A DNA stretch of 64,000 nucleotides from Leptogorgia sarmentosa. Its lineage: Eukaryota. Position numbers and translations under genes: made by a program. The notes under the pieces are model-generated. The model was given only the letters and a program-made list of their open reading frames with translations, had not been told where the DNA came from and did no database searches. Below are positions 10,400 to 23,200 of the stretch, piece after piece (position 1 is the stretch's first letter; the number at the start of each line of letters is the position of its first letter). The DNA is taken from positions 1,364,001-1,428,000 of the forward strand of contig OZ210885.1 in assembly GCA_964658305.1 (NCBI GenBank). Direction: 5' to 3'.

Positions 10400-13035
10400 T
10401 AAGCCAAAGTATCAGAAACGAAATACATATCCATTTCGTCTTAATAGTTACGAAAATGACCCTCACTCAAAACTTAAAACATCCCTGTTAATGATAAGTG
10501 AGAAACATATCCCTAGCAGTGCACTAACTCAGCTAAACAACTTCAAATGTACATTCGCCTTAATGCGTTTCACTGCACATGGAAGACTTTACATGCAGAA
10601 ACGCACTACTCACCTTTTCATCGAGACTGTTCGCAGTCTACACAGAAGCTTACTTATTAGGAATGTTCTTCTACCCTTTGTTGACCAAGTTTACCCTTTC
10701 CAAGCATTGCAATTTGTAAATAAATTACCACGTGGGTAAGCGTCCTGAGCCTCATGATAATAATTATACACAAGAAAGCAGTGTACAGGTTGGTACACAA
10801 TGTTAGATATGAAGCGAAACACATAACTTCATGCATTTAATATATTTTGGGCTCAACAATGGGCTCACAAATTCTTGGACTACCTACTTGGTACTACAAA
10901 TGTAATGTAAAGTAAACACTAATAGACTCCATAAATAAATAAAAACTCTAAAAGACTTGCTATATTTCAAAAAGTTGCATCAAAAGTCAGGTCTCCACAG
11001 AGACGTAGGAACCGCCCCCCCCCCCTCCAACCCCCAATGTTCAGTTTCAGGGTGCAGCCCACCCAAAAATAATCCTGGATTTCAAAAAAAGTATCAAAAA
11101 GGCAAATCATAAGCCAAAGTATCAGAAACGAAATACATATCCATTTCGTCTTAATAGTTACGAAAATGACCCTCACTCAAAACTTAAAACAACCCTGTTA
11201 ATGATAAGTGAGAAACACACCCCTAGCAGTGCATTAACTCATCTAAACAACTTCAAATGTACATTCAATTAAAATTATCATGACACTGATGAAGTATCGG
11301 AAAAAAGTTGTGCACGCCCATTTGATTCGCCTTAATGCGTTCCATTGCACATGGATAACTTTACATGCAGAAACGCACAACTCACTTTTTCATCGAGACT
11401 GTTCGCAGGCTACACAGAAGCTTACTTATTAGGAATGTTCTTCTACCCTTTGTTGACCAAGTTTACCCTTTTCAAGCAGTGCAATTTGCAAAGAAATTAC
11501 CACGTGGGTAAGCGTCCTGAACCTCATGATAATATACACAAGAAAGCAGTGTACAGCTTTGTACACAATGTTAGATATGAAGATCTCGACCATTATAAAT
11601 ACATTTGGAGCTCCACCAAACACATAACTTCACTTGCATTTAATATATTTGGGCTCAACCAACTAATTCTTGGACTACCTACTTGGTACTACAAATGTTA
11701 TGTAATACAAAGTAAACACTAATTAATAGACTCCATAAATTAAAACTCTAAAAGACTTGCTATATTTCAAAAAGTTGCATCAGAAGTTAGGTCTGCACTG
11801 ACTGCGCAGGGACGTAGGAACCCCCCCCCCCAACCCCCAATGTTCAGTTTCAGGGGGGCAGCCCCCCCCCCCCTCAAAAAAAAAATCCTGGATTTCAAAA
11901 AAAGTATCATAAAGCCAAATCATAAACCAAAGTATCAGAAACGAAATACATATCATGTCGTCTTAATAGTTACGAAATTGACCCTCACTCAAAACTTAAA
12001 ACAACCCTGTTAACAGGGGCGTAGCCACGGGGGGAATGGGGGGTCCGGACCCCCTCACTTTTATTCAAAACATGTCTTTCAATTCCTTCAAAATCAAGTA
12101 AAAAAGCGAATATAAGGAATATCGGGTACGCCTCCTCATAGTCTAATCGTCATTGCATTCCCAACATTTGATTAATATATTATTTGATTAATATACACAC
12201 ACATTAGGCTGTTTTGTTTAAGGTTCACTTGTGAAACATTTGTTATTTTCAAGTTCATAACATCCCCGCATAAAATACATAAAATACGTTTGGACATATT
12301 TGTATGCGCAGTATAACTGCATATGATCTACTGGATCTGGATGAATGGACCCCCTCACTTTTGTAGGGCTGGCTACGCCCCTGCCTGTTAATGATAAGTG
12401 AGAAACACACCCCTAGCAGTGCATTAACTCATCTAAACAACTTCAAATGTACATTCAATTAAAATTACCATGACACTGATGAAGTATCGGAAAAAAGTTG
12501 TGCACGCCCATTTGATTCGCCTTAATGCGTTCCATTGCACATGGATAACTTTACATGCAGAAACGCACAACTCACTTTTTCATCGAGACTGTTCGCAGGC
12601 TACACAGAAGCTTTCTTATTAGGAATGTTCTTCTACCCTTTGTTGACCAAGTTTGCCTTTTCCAAGTAGTGCAATTTGCAAAGAAATTACCACGTGGGTA
12701 AGCGTCCTGAACCTCATGATAATATACACAAGAAAGCAGTGTACAGCTTTGTACACAATGTTAGATATGAAGATCTCGACCATTATAAATACATTTGGAG
12801 CTCCACCAAACACATAACTTCACTTGCATTTAATATATTTGGGCTCAACCAACTAATTCTTGGACTACCTACTTGGTACTACAAATGTTATGTAATACAA
12901 AGTAAACACTAATTAATAGACTCCATAAATTAAAACTCTAAAAGACTTGCTATATTTCAAAAAGTTGCATCAAAAGTTAGGTCTGCGCAGGGTCGTAGGA
13001 ACCGGCAGGGGGCAGCCCCCAAATAAATCCTGGAT
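10400..13035. repeat. Tandem triplication of a non-coding unit of about 0.7-0.8 kb
   Basis: Units start near 10400, 11110 and 11923 (..CCAAAGTATCAGAAACGAAATACATATC..). Copies 2 and 3 are near-identical; copy 1 is more diverged. Confidence 0.9.
12014..12383. mobile_element. hAT-like MITE with 8-bp TSD
   Basis: Termini CAGGGGCGTAGCCA..TGGCTACGCCCCTG; TSD CCTGTTAA on both sides; empty site visible in the previous repeat unit near 11194. Related fragment at about 54159-54270. Confidence 0.85.
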
Positions 13036-13625
13036 TTAAAAAAAGAACTATTAAAGCCGTGCCTTAGTCAACAATCTTTCATTTGTATACCCAAAGAAGC
13101 CAACTAAAAAGGTCAAGTTTGGACTCCAAAATCCGGCGATCTAGACACCCCAAATGTTCAAAATTTCCTAGGACTGGAATTCATCGGCCAAAAAACGATA
13201 GAATATGCGGGAATAGGCCGAATTATGGTTTGAGCAGGACAGCCACTTGGACGATGGGATTTGTGCTCTGGGACACTGGAATTTAGTTGAAAAACTTGAA
13301 ATTTGGGCTGGGGGATGGGAATAGGAACTGGGCCCTCCCAAAAGGATCATCATTTAGGATTCGTCAGGGCAGTGAATAGGCTTAGGGGTAAGGTTGGTTT
13401 AGAGTCAGGGACTCAGGATAGAGATTGAATTTCTGAATATCGATTAAGTTAAGTATGGAAATAGCCAAAAAGGAACACAAAGTAGCTTGGGTTGTCTGTG
13501 TGGTATGACAACAATGCGCGTCAGGTTACACTGAAATTTCACAGTCGAGCGCCTCAACCCTCAGTCACGAAGAGAGGGCATCGAATCGAATAGTTGCATT
13601 TGTCAGGTTTTCAAGAACATCAGTC

Positions 13626-16600
13626 ATGTCCAAAGACAAGCGCAAGGTATAGTTTGCAATAATTTCCACATTGGACGTCTTTACAGCCAGATTTGTCGCA
13701 CATTGGTCGCATTAGGGCTTATCCAAATTAGCTGCAGCCTGCACTACACGTGCTTAATCAGTGCTTGAGTTGTAAGATCGAGGTTCGATCCAAAATATTC
13801 GGGCTGGGGAGGTGCAATGCTTTTATATCGCCGACCTCTTTTGCAGTAAAACTGAGTAGAAGGGAAATTGACTTAAATTTCATGGATATTTGCAGAACTT
13901 GTTGACTATTTATACATAAAAGCAATCATTGCGCAATCTTCTCATCACCATCATGAGCATGGAGATATTTTAGCGAACAACCATTCCAGAAAGAGGGGGG
14001 AAGGTGGGCACAGGTTCTCTCAAAAAGTTGGACTGGGTTATGTGAAAATGTTTGCAATCTTTCAGGGTATATTAGAATCTCTGAATGCTGGTGAGGTTTT
14101 GGTTGGTGATGGAGGATATATCACAGAAATGGAGAGAAGAGGTTATGCCTGTGCTGGGCCGTGGACGCCTGAGGTGAATGTTGAACATCCTGATGCAGGT
14201 GAATCATACAAGATTTTGAAAGCTTTTTATAGATTTTTCTGAGACTTTACTCTCCATCTAAGCTTAAGGTGAATTACACCTTCCTAAGGTCCTCCTAACC
14301 CTAACCATACACATTCTACTTTTTATCATAGTTGAAGCACTTCATAAAGAGTTTGCCAGGGCAGGTTCAGACGTCCTACAAGCATTTACATATGCTGCAA
14401 ATGACAGACTGAAAAAGGTAATGAAATTTGATGAATCAAAATCATCATCTTGAGTATTATAAATTGTGCAGCTTCACCTTTGGTTTTACTGTAATAAACC
14501 TTTTCCCTTTTGGGCAAACTTTTGAATTAGGAAAATTCATCACCACAGTTGGCAAGAGTTCATTAATTTAGTAAAATGCGATATTTTGAAACCAAACTCC
14601 ACAGTTTTGCTAAATTAATGATGTTCTTTGCAGTTGTGGTGATGAATTTTCCTGATTACAAAGTTCGTCCAAAAGGGGGAAGGCTCATTACCATTACAGT
14701 ATACCCGGTACTGTGAAGAATGATATACTGTCAAAGATCGAAGATCGATCACAACATTTGCTTAGTGAGGATAAGCATCTTAGCTTTGTTGCTACCGCCC
14801 AGTGTGTATATAATCATAGAGTAGGCAAAATGCTTGTTTAATTTCAAACACAGCTTTAAATTTAAAATGCGTGTTAGTCAAGTGACCTTCCCCCCCCCCC
14901 TTCTCCCCCTTCTCCCCCCAAATACTGTCTAGATTATCTAATAGTTGCTGTATTTAGTATTCCACAGGAGAATATGATGTTGTGAATGAATCAGCATGCA
15001 ACATTGTGAAGAAGGTTGCAGGAAAATATGGTTGTCTTTGGGCTGGTGGAGTATCACCTACCGAGTTGTACAAAGCTGGATCAAGGTCCAAGAAAGACAT
15101 TCAAGAAATGCAGAGAAAACAATGTGAAATATTTATCAAGCACAATGCTGACTTTTTGATTGCCGAGGTGAGTTTTTCAACTACACTATCAACGCAGGGG
15201 CTTTCGAAGCAATTACCAGTCATGGAGGAATTGCTTGAGCTAATCCCATCCATGAGAAGTTTTTTTAAAGTCAAGACTAAACATTGATCAATGCGGAAAT
15301 GATAAAGGGTGTGTCCTGAAAGAAGTTAACAAAATTGGAGAAACTGCAAAGTTCGGTTTTGGAAATGTAACAGTTGTAAAATAACAAATCTGTTTACATT
15401 TTTATTACGTACGGAATATGTTATATTATATACGAAACATGTCAATTTAGCAGGGCTACATTTTTCGTACATTACAACATTTCATGATCAAACTACGCAG
15501 TTTTTAAATTTTAATACGATTTTTAGCCGCGGTTATACATAGAATTCCTTTATTTCTGTATAGAAAATTAACAGGAAACTGAATATATAACTGATTTACT
15601 AAATCATAATATAGTATTTTGACTGTTGTGAAGAAGCGGAATGGGCTGTGGAGGTTCTCAAAGAGACGGGTAAACCAGTCATGGCTAACTTATGCATTAT
15701 GTCAACGTCAGACAATAATGGTGTTCCTGCCGATGAGTGTGCTGTTCGTTTAGCGAAGGCAGGTACGTGACTCGTGGGAGCAATATCGAGGGGCGTCGTG
15801 TCAGGAGGTGTGGGGGGTTGTCAAATGGCCGTTTCCGGCATTCTAGGGGTTATATAAGTGCTCAAATTTTTCTCGCTCAGCGCCCACCAACACCCATCAG
15901 TAAAATGAAATATGCCATACTCCGACAGAAAAGGCTCACGCAACGCACCTGGCAATATCCTACGATTATTGATTGGATCGTAATAAAGTCGCACAATATG
16001 TTAACTGCCTTTAAAAAAAGTGGAGATTAATAAAGATTTCAACTGTAAAAGTAATCAATGAGAAAATCACGAAGATTGACTCGTTGAATGGAACTATCAT
16101 CTGATGAACTCTCATCACAATATTCCTAGTATTACACTCATGAACATTCATTATTTCTACTGTATATTATCGTATGTACATATAATCCGGTCGTCCTTGT
16201 TTGGGCGATATGTCAAGCGCTTTATTGTAATCACAACAAGTTAGTTTGAACGTGCAACGATCCAGTGTGAAAAAGAATTTTTAGAATAGAAACAGTATTA
16301 TCAACTGACTTATTAACCGCTTTTAAATTTACTGAAAATTGTGTTTCGCATACTCAAATTTAAAATGATTGTTTCCTATGAAGGCAAACACCTGTCCATG
16401 TGTCCTTGTAAAATTTCCTAATTTGAATGCCTGTCTTGGATATACGTGGTAAAACAGTGAGGCACTGACTCAACATTCAGTAATTCTTTATAACTCAGGT
16501 GCTGATATAATTGGAACAAACTGTAAATTTGATCCGTGGGAATCACTTAAAGCTGTTGCAAAGATGAAAGAAGGCTTAGATAAAGCTGGAATTAAAGTTC

Positions 16601-19309
16601 ATCTTGCATTTCAACCTCTGGGATATTTTTGTCCAGATGCTGGGAGGAATGGTTATACGGATCTGGCTGAATACCCATATGGTACGTATACGTACTGTCT
16701 GTCAGTATTATGAACAACGTGTTAACTAAACTGCTCATCACGAGCTTATTTAAAATGGAATAAAATTCCAGATATAATTCCCAGTATTTGGGCGGAGTGA
16801 AAGAAAGTGGTGTTGAGCCATGATGAGAGTTTAACAGTTACAAAAGTTTTGTTAACTATATTCTGTTTTTCCACGTGAATTTTGGTTTAGTAGCAAATAC
16901 CTTGTACCTAATTCAACTATTGGTATAAATAAGGAAAGGCAGAAAAAAAGTACAGCAATCGACAGAAATTGTTGCTGAAATTGTTTAATGATATGATTTA
17001 TTTTTTAGCCCTGGAATCACGTCAAGTGACAAGATGGGATGTCCATAAACTGACCAGGAGTGCCTACGACCTTGGTGTCAGGTACATTGGCGGGTGTTGC
17101 GGGTTTAAGGCTTACCACATACGAGCCATTTCTGAGGAGGTGAATATAATAGTCTATAAACATTCTTTACTTTTTGATTGAATCGTATAATTCTCGAGTA
17201 CACTTGACATTACCAAAAAATATCTAGGAAATATCCTACCAACAGCAAGGCATTGCCACCTCACTGTGTATTAAAATCCATCATTTTGAATTGGTTGGCG
17301 AAACATGGTCCTCCAGGGCCTCCTGGTGACACGGATACTTGTTTCTGCTCAGCACAGTTGTTGAATATGCCCAACTTTTTCTTCCATTTATTTCTTCTTT
17401 AAGTTTAATTAAGAATTTTTATAATTAGCTTGAGAAAGAACGTGGTCAAAAAGCCGAAAGCAGTCAGAAACACACTCCATTCACTGGAAAATATTCTTTT
17501 ATATACACAGGAATGTAAGTTGAACTTTAGTAATACTGTTTTTATACTAAGGCTAGCATAGTCAGGCACAATCAGGAAAGTCTTTTGCATTTTACACTGT
17601 TGTTTTTCATCATGACCTTATTGACGTAAACATGAACTTCGCAAGCAACAAAGTTTAATTGTAAAATTTAAACATGTAACGGGTGAAAAACTTTGCTTTA
17701 AAATTGAGGTCCTTTTAATATTCTTTGTCTTTGATTGTCCTTTGTTTCATGCTATCACACCCATGTAAATTTTCTTTATCTTCATTCATGATAGCTATTA
17801 ATTTCGGTTGGCCGCCATTTTCAAAAAAATGATATAGTTCCTGCGCAATTAAATGTGAGATTAATTTGTACTTAATGATGTTGTAAGTGAAAGTTAAAGC
17901 CCGAGTACCGAGGGCTGTATCTGGCTAACAGCCGAGGTTCTTATTATATAATTGACAAGGTTTTCTCAAGAAAAAAGTTTGAAATACGCTTTGCACATAT
18001 GAGAGTATGTGTTTGATTTTCTTGTCTTTTTATGATTGAACAAGACGCCGGATCGAGCGTTCACACTGGCCGCGCTGAGCCAATGTCAATCACACATGTG
18101 TGTGCATGTCTGGGATGTTGAGCCCACGATGGCTCAATGGAATGTCACATTTGCGACTAGCAAAACAAAAAAAAACCGAAAACGCAGGCAAGGGCATTTT
18201 AAGACACTGGCCGCGGCCGCAGCCAGTGTAATTAGGTGTCTCCTTATAAATTCACGGGCTTTATCCAGATGAAGCCCGTGAATTTATAAACAAGCATTAA
18301 TGCTATACAGGGTGTCTCAAAAAAAAGGTAATCCAACTTTGGCATGCCATTGTGCGTTAATTACTGGGTGTACGAACGTGATTTTTGCATGGTCATAAAG
18401 ATCAAGGTCTTAGCAGTTGAATGACATATTTCTTGTACAATATGGGAGAAAATCAGGCAAATGCGAGCGTGTTGAAAAATCTCGGTGAAAAACGCATTCT
18501 TTCACCTCTGAGAATTGCAGCTAAACTTATTCAAAATTAACTCCCTCTGGGACTCGAAGATGACGACCTTCCCTTCAACAATCGACCTGATTATGCATAA
18601 TTATTAATAATCCTGATAAAATCTTTGTTACCATGACACATTCGTGATGAATTGCATTTTTCTTTTGTTATGCACTGCTTTAATTAGGCACAGAGGTGAA
18701 AGAATGCGTTTTTCACCGAGATTTTTCAACACATTCGCATTTGCCAGATTTTCTTCCATATCGTACAAGAAATATGTCATTCAACTGCTAAGACCTTGAT
18801 CTTTATGACCATGCAAAAATCACGTTCGTACACCCAGTAATTAACGCACAATGGCATGCCAAAGTTCGATTACCTTTTTTTTGAGACACCCTGTATATAG
18901 GTCTATGAATAGGTCAAAGAAAACCGTGCCATCATATAATAAGGAAATTTAATTACCTGGGACATTCATACCTCGACCACTCGTTACACTCTTCGGTGTA
19001 ATCATATGTAGTAAATCATATAATATAAAAGTATTACTCCATTGAAATTGGTTCGTTTCAATGCAGTTAATCCCAAATCACAGTGCAATTTTCTGTAAGC
19101 TATTTTGAGGTTATTGAAATTCAACTCACTCGTACATGTTATATCCAAATTGCACTGGAAACCATACTATATAAGAACGTGTTACACTGTTTGGTATTGA
19201 ATATTATGACTGTCTTTGATATAGGGAAAAGAAGGAAAAGTATTGGATGAACTTGAAGCCTGGATCTGGTCGACCTCATTGCCCTCCATTTTCTGAGCCT
19301 TTGCAATGA
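13626..19309 (+). CDS. BHMT: Betaine/S-methylmethionine-homocysteine S-methyltransferase family protein (about 360 aa)
   Basis: Exons 13626-13646, 14066-14198, 14332-14417, 14958-15167, 15615-15762, 16499-16681, 17009-17139, 17429-17514, 19225-19309 join in frame. Motifs [31 protein letters not shown] (Zn ligand), YIGGCCGF (Zn ligands), [12 protein letters not shown]. Confidence 0.92.
14487..14701. mobile_element. Degenerate palindromic MITE-like element in BHMT intron 3
   Basis: Imperfect inverted arms: ccttttgggcaaactttgaattaggaaaattcatcaccaca versus tgtggtgatgaattttcctgattacaaagttcgtccaaaagg. Confidence 0.55.
18308..18893. mobile_element. Tc1/mariner(pogo)-type MITE with TIRs of about 200 bp and TA TSD
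   Basis: TA|CAGGGTGTCTCAAAAAAAAGGTAATC...GATTACCTTTTTTTTGAGACACCCTG|TA; duplicated at 32389-32974. Confidence 0.85.
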
Positions 19310-20222
19310 ACTGAACAATTGTGGATTATTATGTTTCGGATTTTAAACAAATTCAATGATTTATTCATTATAAAAAACAATGTAAACTTAAGTATTGCCT
19401 TGTCTTTGACACGAGGAAAAGGTGGTAAAATTCCTTATTCACGAATATCAATGTTTGGGAATGTATGTGTTGAAATCAATAAAATTAATGGATCAATTTT
19501 CTGTAATCACAATGCAATTAATTTTCTGTCCATGTACATTTTGCATTTGTCTCGAATACTTTCATGTAAATTATTTTTATAAGTTGAGCTCGTGTTATCT
19601 TGTGACATTCGTTCTTGTCTTCGTTTTTCGCTATTTTGGTAAACTTCGTGATTGTCCGTCAATGTTTCAAAGGATGTAAGAATTCGCATATACGAGGAAA
19701 CCATCACGATGGAGGATATGGAGGATAACGATGTATGCAGCTGGGCAAGGGCATCAATCCTGGGGGGATGAGGGGGGACTTGGGGCGACGACTATATTAC
19801 TATTATTAATATCAGCGACAGTCAATTTTTCAAATTCCTTTCTCGTTGTCGGTACCGACGTTGTCAATTGAGCACAGAGGTGCTTTGTGGGAGACGTTGC
19901 CTCGGGAATGGGGTTTTCTTTGACCTAACACTGCGTGATATTGAAATGTTGTTCTGAATGCTTAAGTCTTTAGAACAATATGGAGCAGCATGTCATTAGT
20001 GCCATTTCAATTGCTGGAGGCCTTCGGAACTGATAACAACCACTGTCTTTTGTGACTGAAACAATGCTACATTAGTTGAAATAAACTTAATTGTGTCGAG
20101 CAATGTGTGGAGTCATGAATAATCTGCCTTAAAACTGCGTGCGGTGGAGAGAATGCCAACCATTCAAGTTAGCTACAGTCCACGTCCGCTGAAGTGTTTG
20201 TTTCAGTGAAGCACCCGCCGCA

Positions 20223-23200
20223 ATGGAAGGGTTTTCAAATTTGGTTAATATCTTCATCATCGGAGTGCTGGTATTCCCATTTGAAGGGATAATTGCTATC
20301 GCGGCGCCCCCAACGACAAGTCCACCAACAACAATTCCACCAACAACAGTAACAACAATTCCACCAACAACAATTCCACCAACTGAATCACCAGGCCTGG
20401 GTATGAAGTAACTTATTACTATACGCATGCATAGTACAATTATTTCTCACTTGTTTATTCAACATTCAAATCATTGCACGAATGTGTTAAAAACAATAAA
20501 TTAATACTGCAAATGTCATTTTTTTTAAATGGTGTTTGGGTTTATGCCCAATAAAGTGTAAACCAGTAGCACTTGACATACAGCGAACTCCCCACTACGT
20601 AACTAATATATAATTACGCCATTTATGTAGTCCGAATATTTATCCCAGACCCCAGAGTAGGCCTTAGAACTACACATGTAGTTGATAAAATCTAGGTTCA
20701 ATTATTTACCAAACGAATAGGAATGTTTTTAAAATTTTACTTATCCACCGTTTAAGCTAAACGCCTTTGATACAACCGCGGCCCCAGGGGCTGGTTGTAT
20801 AATTGCGCCCTGGGGCCAGTTGTATCAAAGGCGTTTAGCTTAAACGATGGATAAGTAAAATAAAAAAATATCGAACAAAACTATGAACTATTACTACAAG
20901 GAAACTAAATTGTTCTGTTTAAACATAACAACTATGCATAGAACTACACATTTAGTTGATAAGATTTAAGTTCAATTATTTACAAAATGAATAGGAGTGC
21001 TTTTCAAATTTTGCTTATCCACCGTTTAATCGAACGCCTTTGATACAACCGGCCCCAGACGTATTGTAGTTGGTTTCCTCAATGTTTTGCATTACTTTAA
21101 AAAACACATAGAGCACTCAGTGTTGCGGATGGTTTATTCGGCAGAAATCGTAAGTCTTATGAATGATAATCAATTATCTTATTGATTACAATTTGATTTT
21201 GATTAAATAATTAACAATTATTCGATGAAGTTTTTGTGATATGCGGAATTATCAAGGTCGAGGTAAGCGTTATCAGCCGAGCCGAAGGCGAGGCTGATAA
21301 TGCTTACCGAGACCTTGATAATTTTGCATATCACAAAAACCGAATTCAATAATTGTTTTATTATACATTTGAAGAATAATAAACCAAGTATTAACGAATG
21401 AAAAACTTTATTTATGAAACCATACTGAAAACAGGCTCATTTTGTACCTAATTAGTTATCTGCTAGCAGATAACTGGATTTCCTGTGGGTTGCATGATTG
21501 CGCGATTTAACTGTATGCTCTTAGCCAATCAGATTGCTTTTACCATCTACAATGTATAATAATATAATTAAATAATCGCTAAACAAAAACTTGCAACAGC
21601 CAATTTGCTTAAGGTTGTACTTGTTGTGTTAGGATAATTTATGCATGCTGATAATTTATTCATGCAACAGTCATAAATATATTGTGATCTAGTCGGTTTT
21701 AAGTGTACCAGGGTATGTAGGTTTTTATCGCATAAATCCTCCGAAAATTAAAATAATTATTAAAAAAAGTTGCATCGTGAACTAATTCAGGTAAATACAC
21801 CAAAAGTCGTGATGTATGTGACATAACTCACTCAGACGCCGATCAGGCCTTCTCGACATTTATCTGTTACTGTTTCACTACAATTATACTAGTTTCACAA
21901 AGGTCACTTTAAAAAATGCTTTGTGCAAATATTGTGAATTATCTGGAAGAATAATAACTTGGTATGTTGCGTATCTGATGTTGTCAAATGGTTATATGGC
22001 AACGAAGTAAACAAACGATATGGAATTTAACTTTCATTGTTATCATGCAGTGCGATAACAATAGTTGTGAATATGGAAGGCGTGTAGTCGTTCCGAAATG
22101 AATGCACGATAGGCTAAAGAAATAGAACCACAAGTAAAATCGGACAACTTTAACGATTGGATTGTTTCTCAAACCACATCCACAATCCTAACCTAATGAT
22201 TTTCCGACAGATATATGTGTAATTTTGCATGAGTAAACTTCATTTCTACATATTCTAATCAAGGCGGGGAGTATAATCCCCACTGGGAGAAATCTAAAAC
22301 AAAATTGTATGACATTTCCTCCTCGAAGCTCCGGCTCCTAATGGCCAATGGGTCTCTCAAGGTCGGATTATATTTTCATGTCACATCCTATCCCTCAACC
22401 AAAATAATTATAACATTACCATCAGGGCTAACGCCTAACTCTATCCCCATCTAACTCTATAACCGTTTTCGTGACTGCGTAAATATAACTGAGAGGCGGA
22501 ACGATGAATCGGCTGTGTAATGCTAATGTTAGTTGCGTGCCTAGCGAAAACTAATTCATTGTGGCCTGTTAAAAGAATGTCATTATTCCTATAGACATGC
22601 AGTATAGCTAATACGCGGACAGTTGATGTGAAGACATTGAAACGTTTCGTCTGTTACAAGTTGCATTTCAAGTGTAAAAATATAAATAAAATCTAATTAT
22701 TTTCTTTTTGGGCAAAGCATTACAATGCATTTCTACGCCCACATGCATGCACGTATACAAAACTTGAAACTGGCATTTTCTTCAAGATGACGATAAAAAC
22801 GATCATAGCAGGACGGCACTTTTTGTGTTGCAAGTATATTCGCGTCAACAACTTTTGGGCCAAAATTACCATGCAATATGATTAATATTTACTGACCTAA
22901 TTCGCACATAACTTACATCCTTACTGTCGGAACAATTTCGGCAAAATTTTCAAACCGGAGCATCCAAAAGCTAGCAGAATTGCGTTGTATATGCTATAGT
23001 ATCCTGCACGATCCAGAGATTGATCTAACCGTGCCTCAACCAATGTTTGTGCCAGGGGCACCGCGCAAGCTTAACCCGCCCCTGCTGGGGTATGTAGGTT
23101 TTTACCGCATAAATCCTCTGAATATAATTACGTTAATAAAAATGAAAGGGAAGCGCTCGAATTTGGCAATCAAATAATTATTTATTAAAAATTCACCAAA

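Noticed and set aside
11345..12912. Repeated ORFs in the triplicated unit
   Set aside because: No recognisable motifs or splice structure, and frames are not preserved among copies.
13750..13792. B-box-like GGTTCGATCC in BHMT intron 1
   Set aside because: No convincing A box or cloverleaf; not called as a tRNA.
21070..21149. Possible extra exon of USOMP5-like copy A ending in GTAAGT
   Set aside because: Phases do not fit between exon 1 and exon 2, and the segment is absent from copy B.
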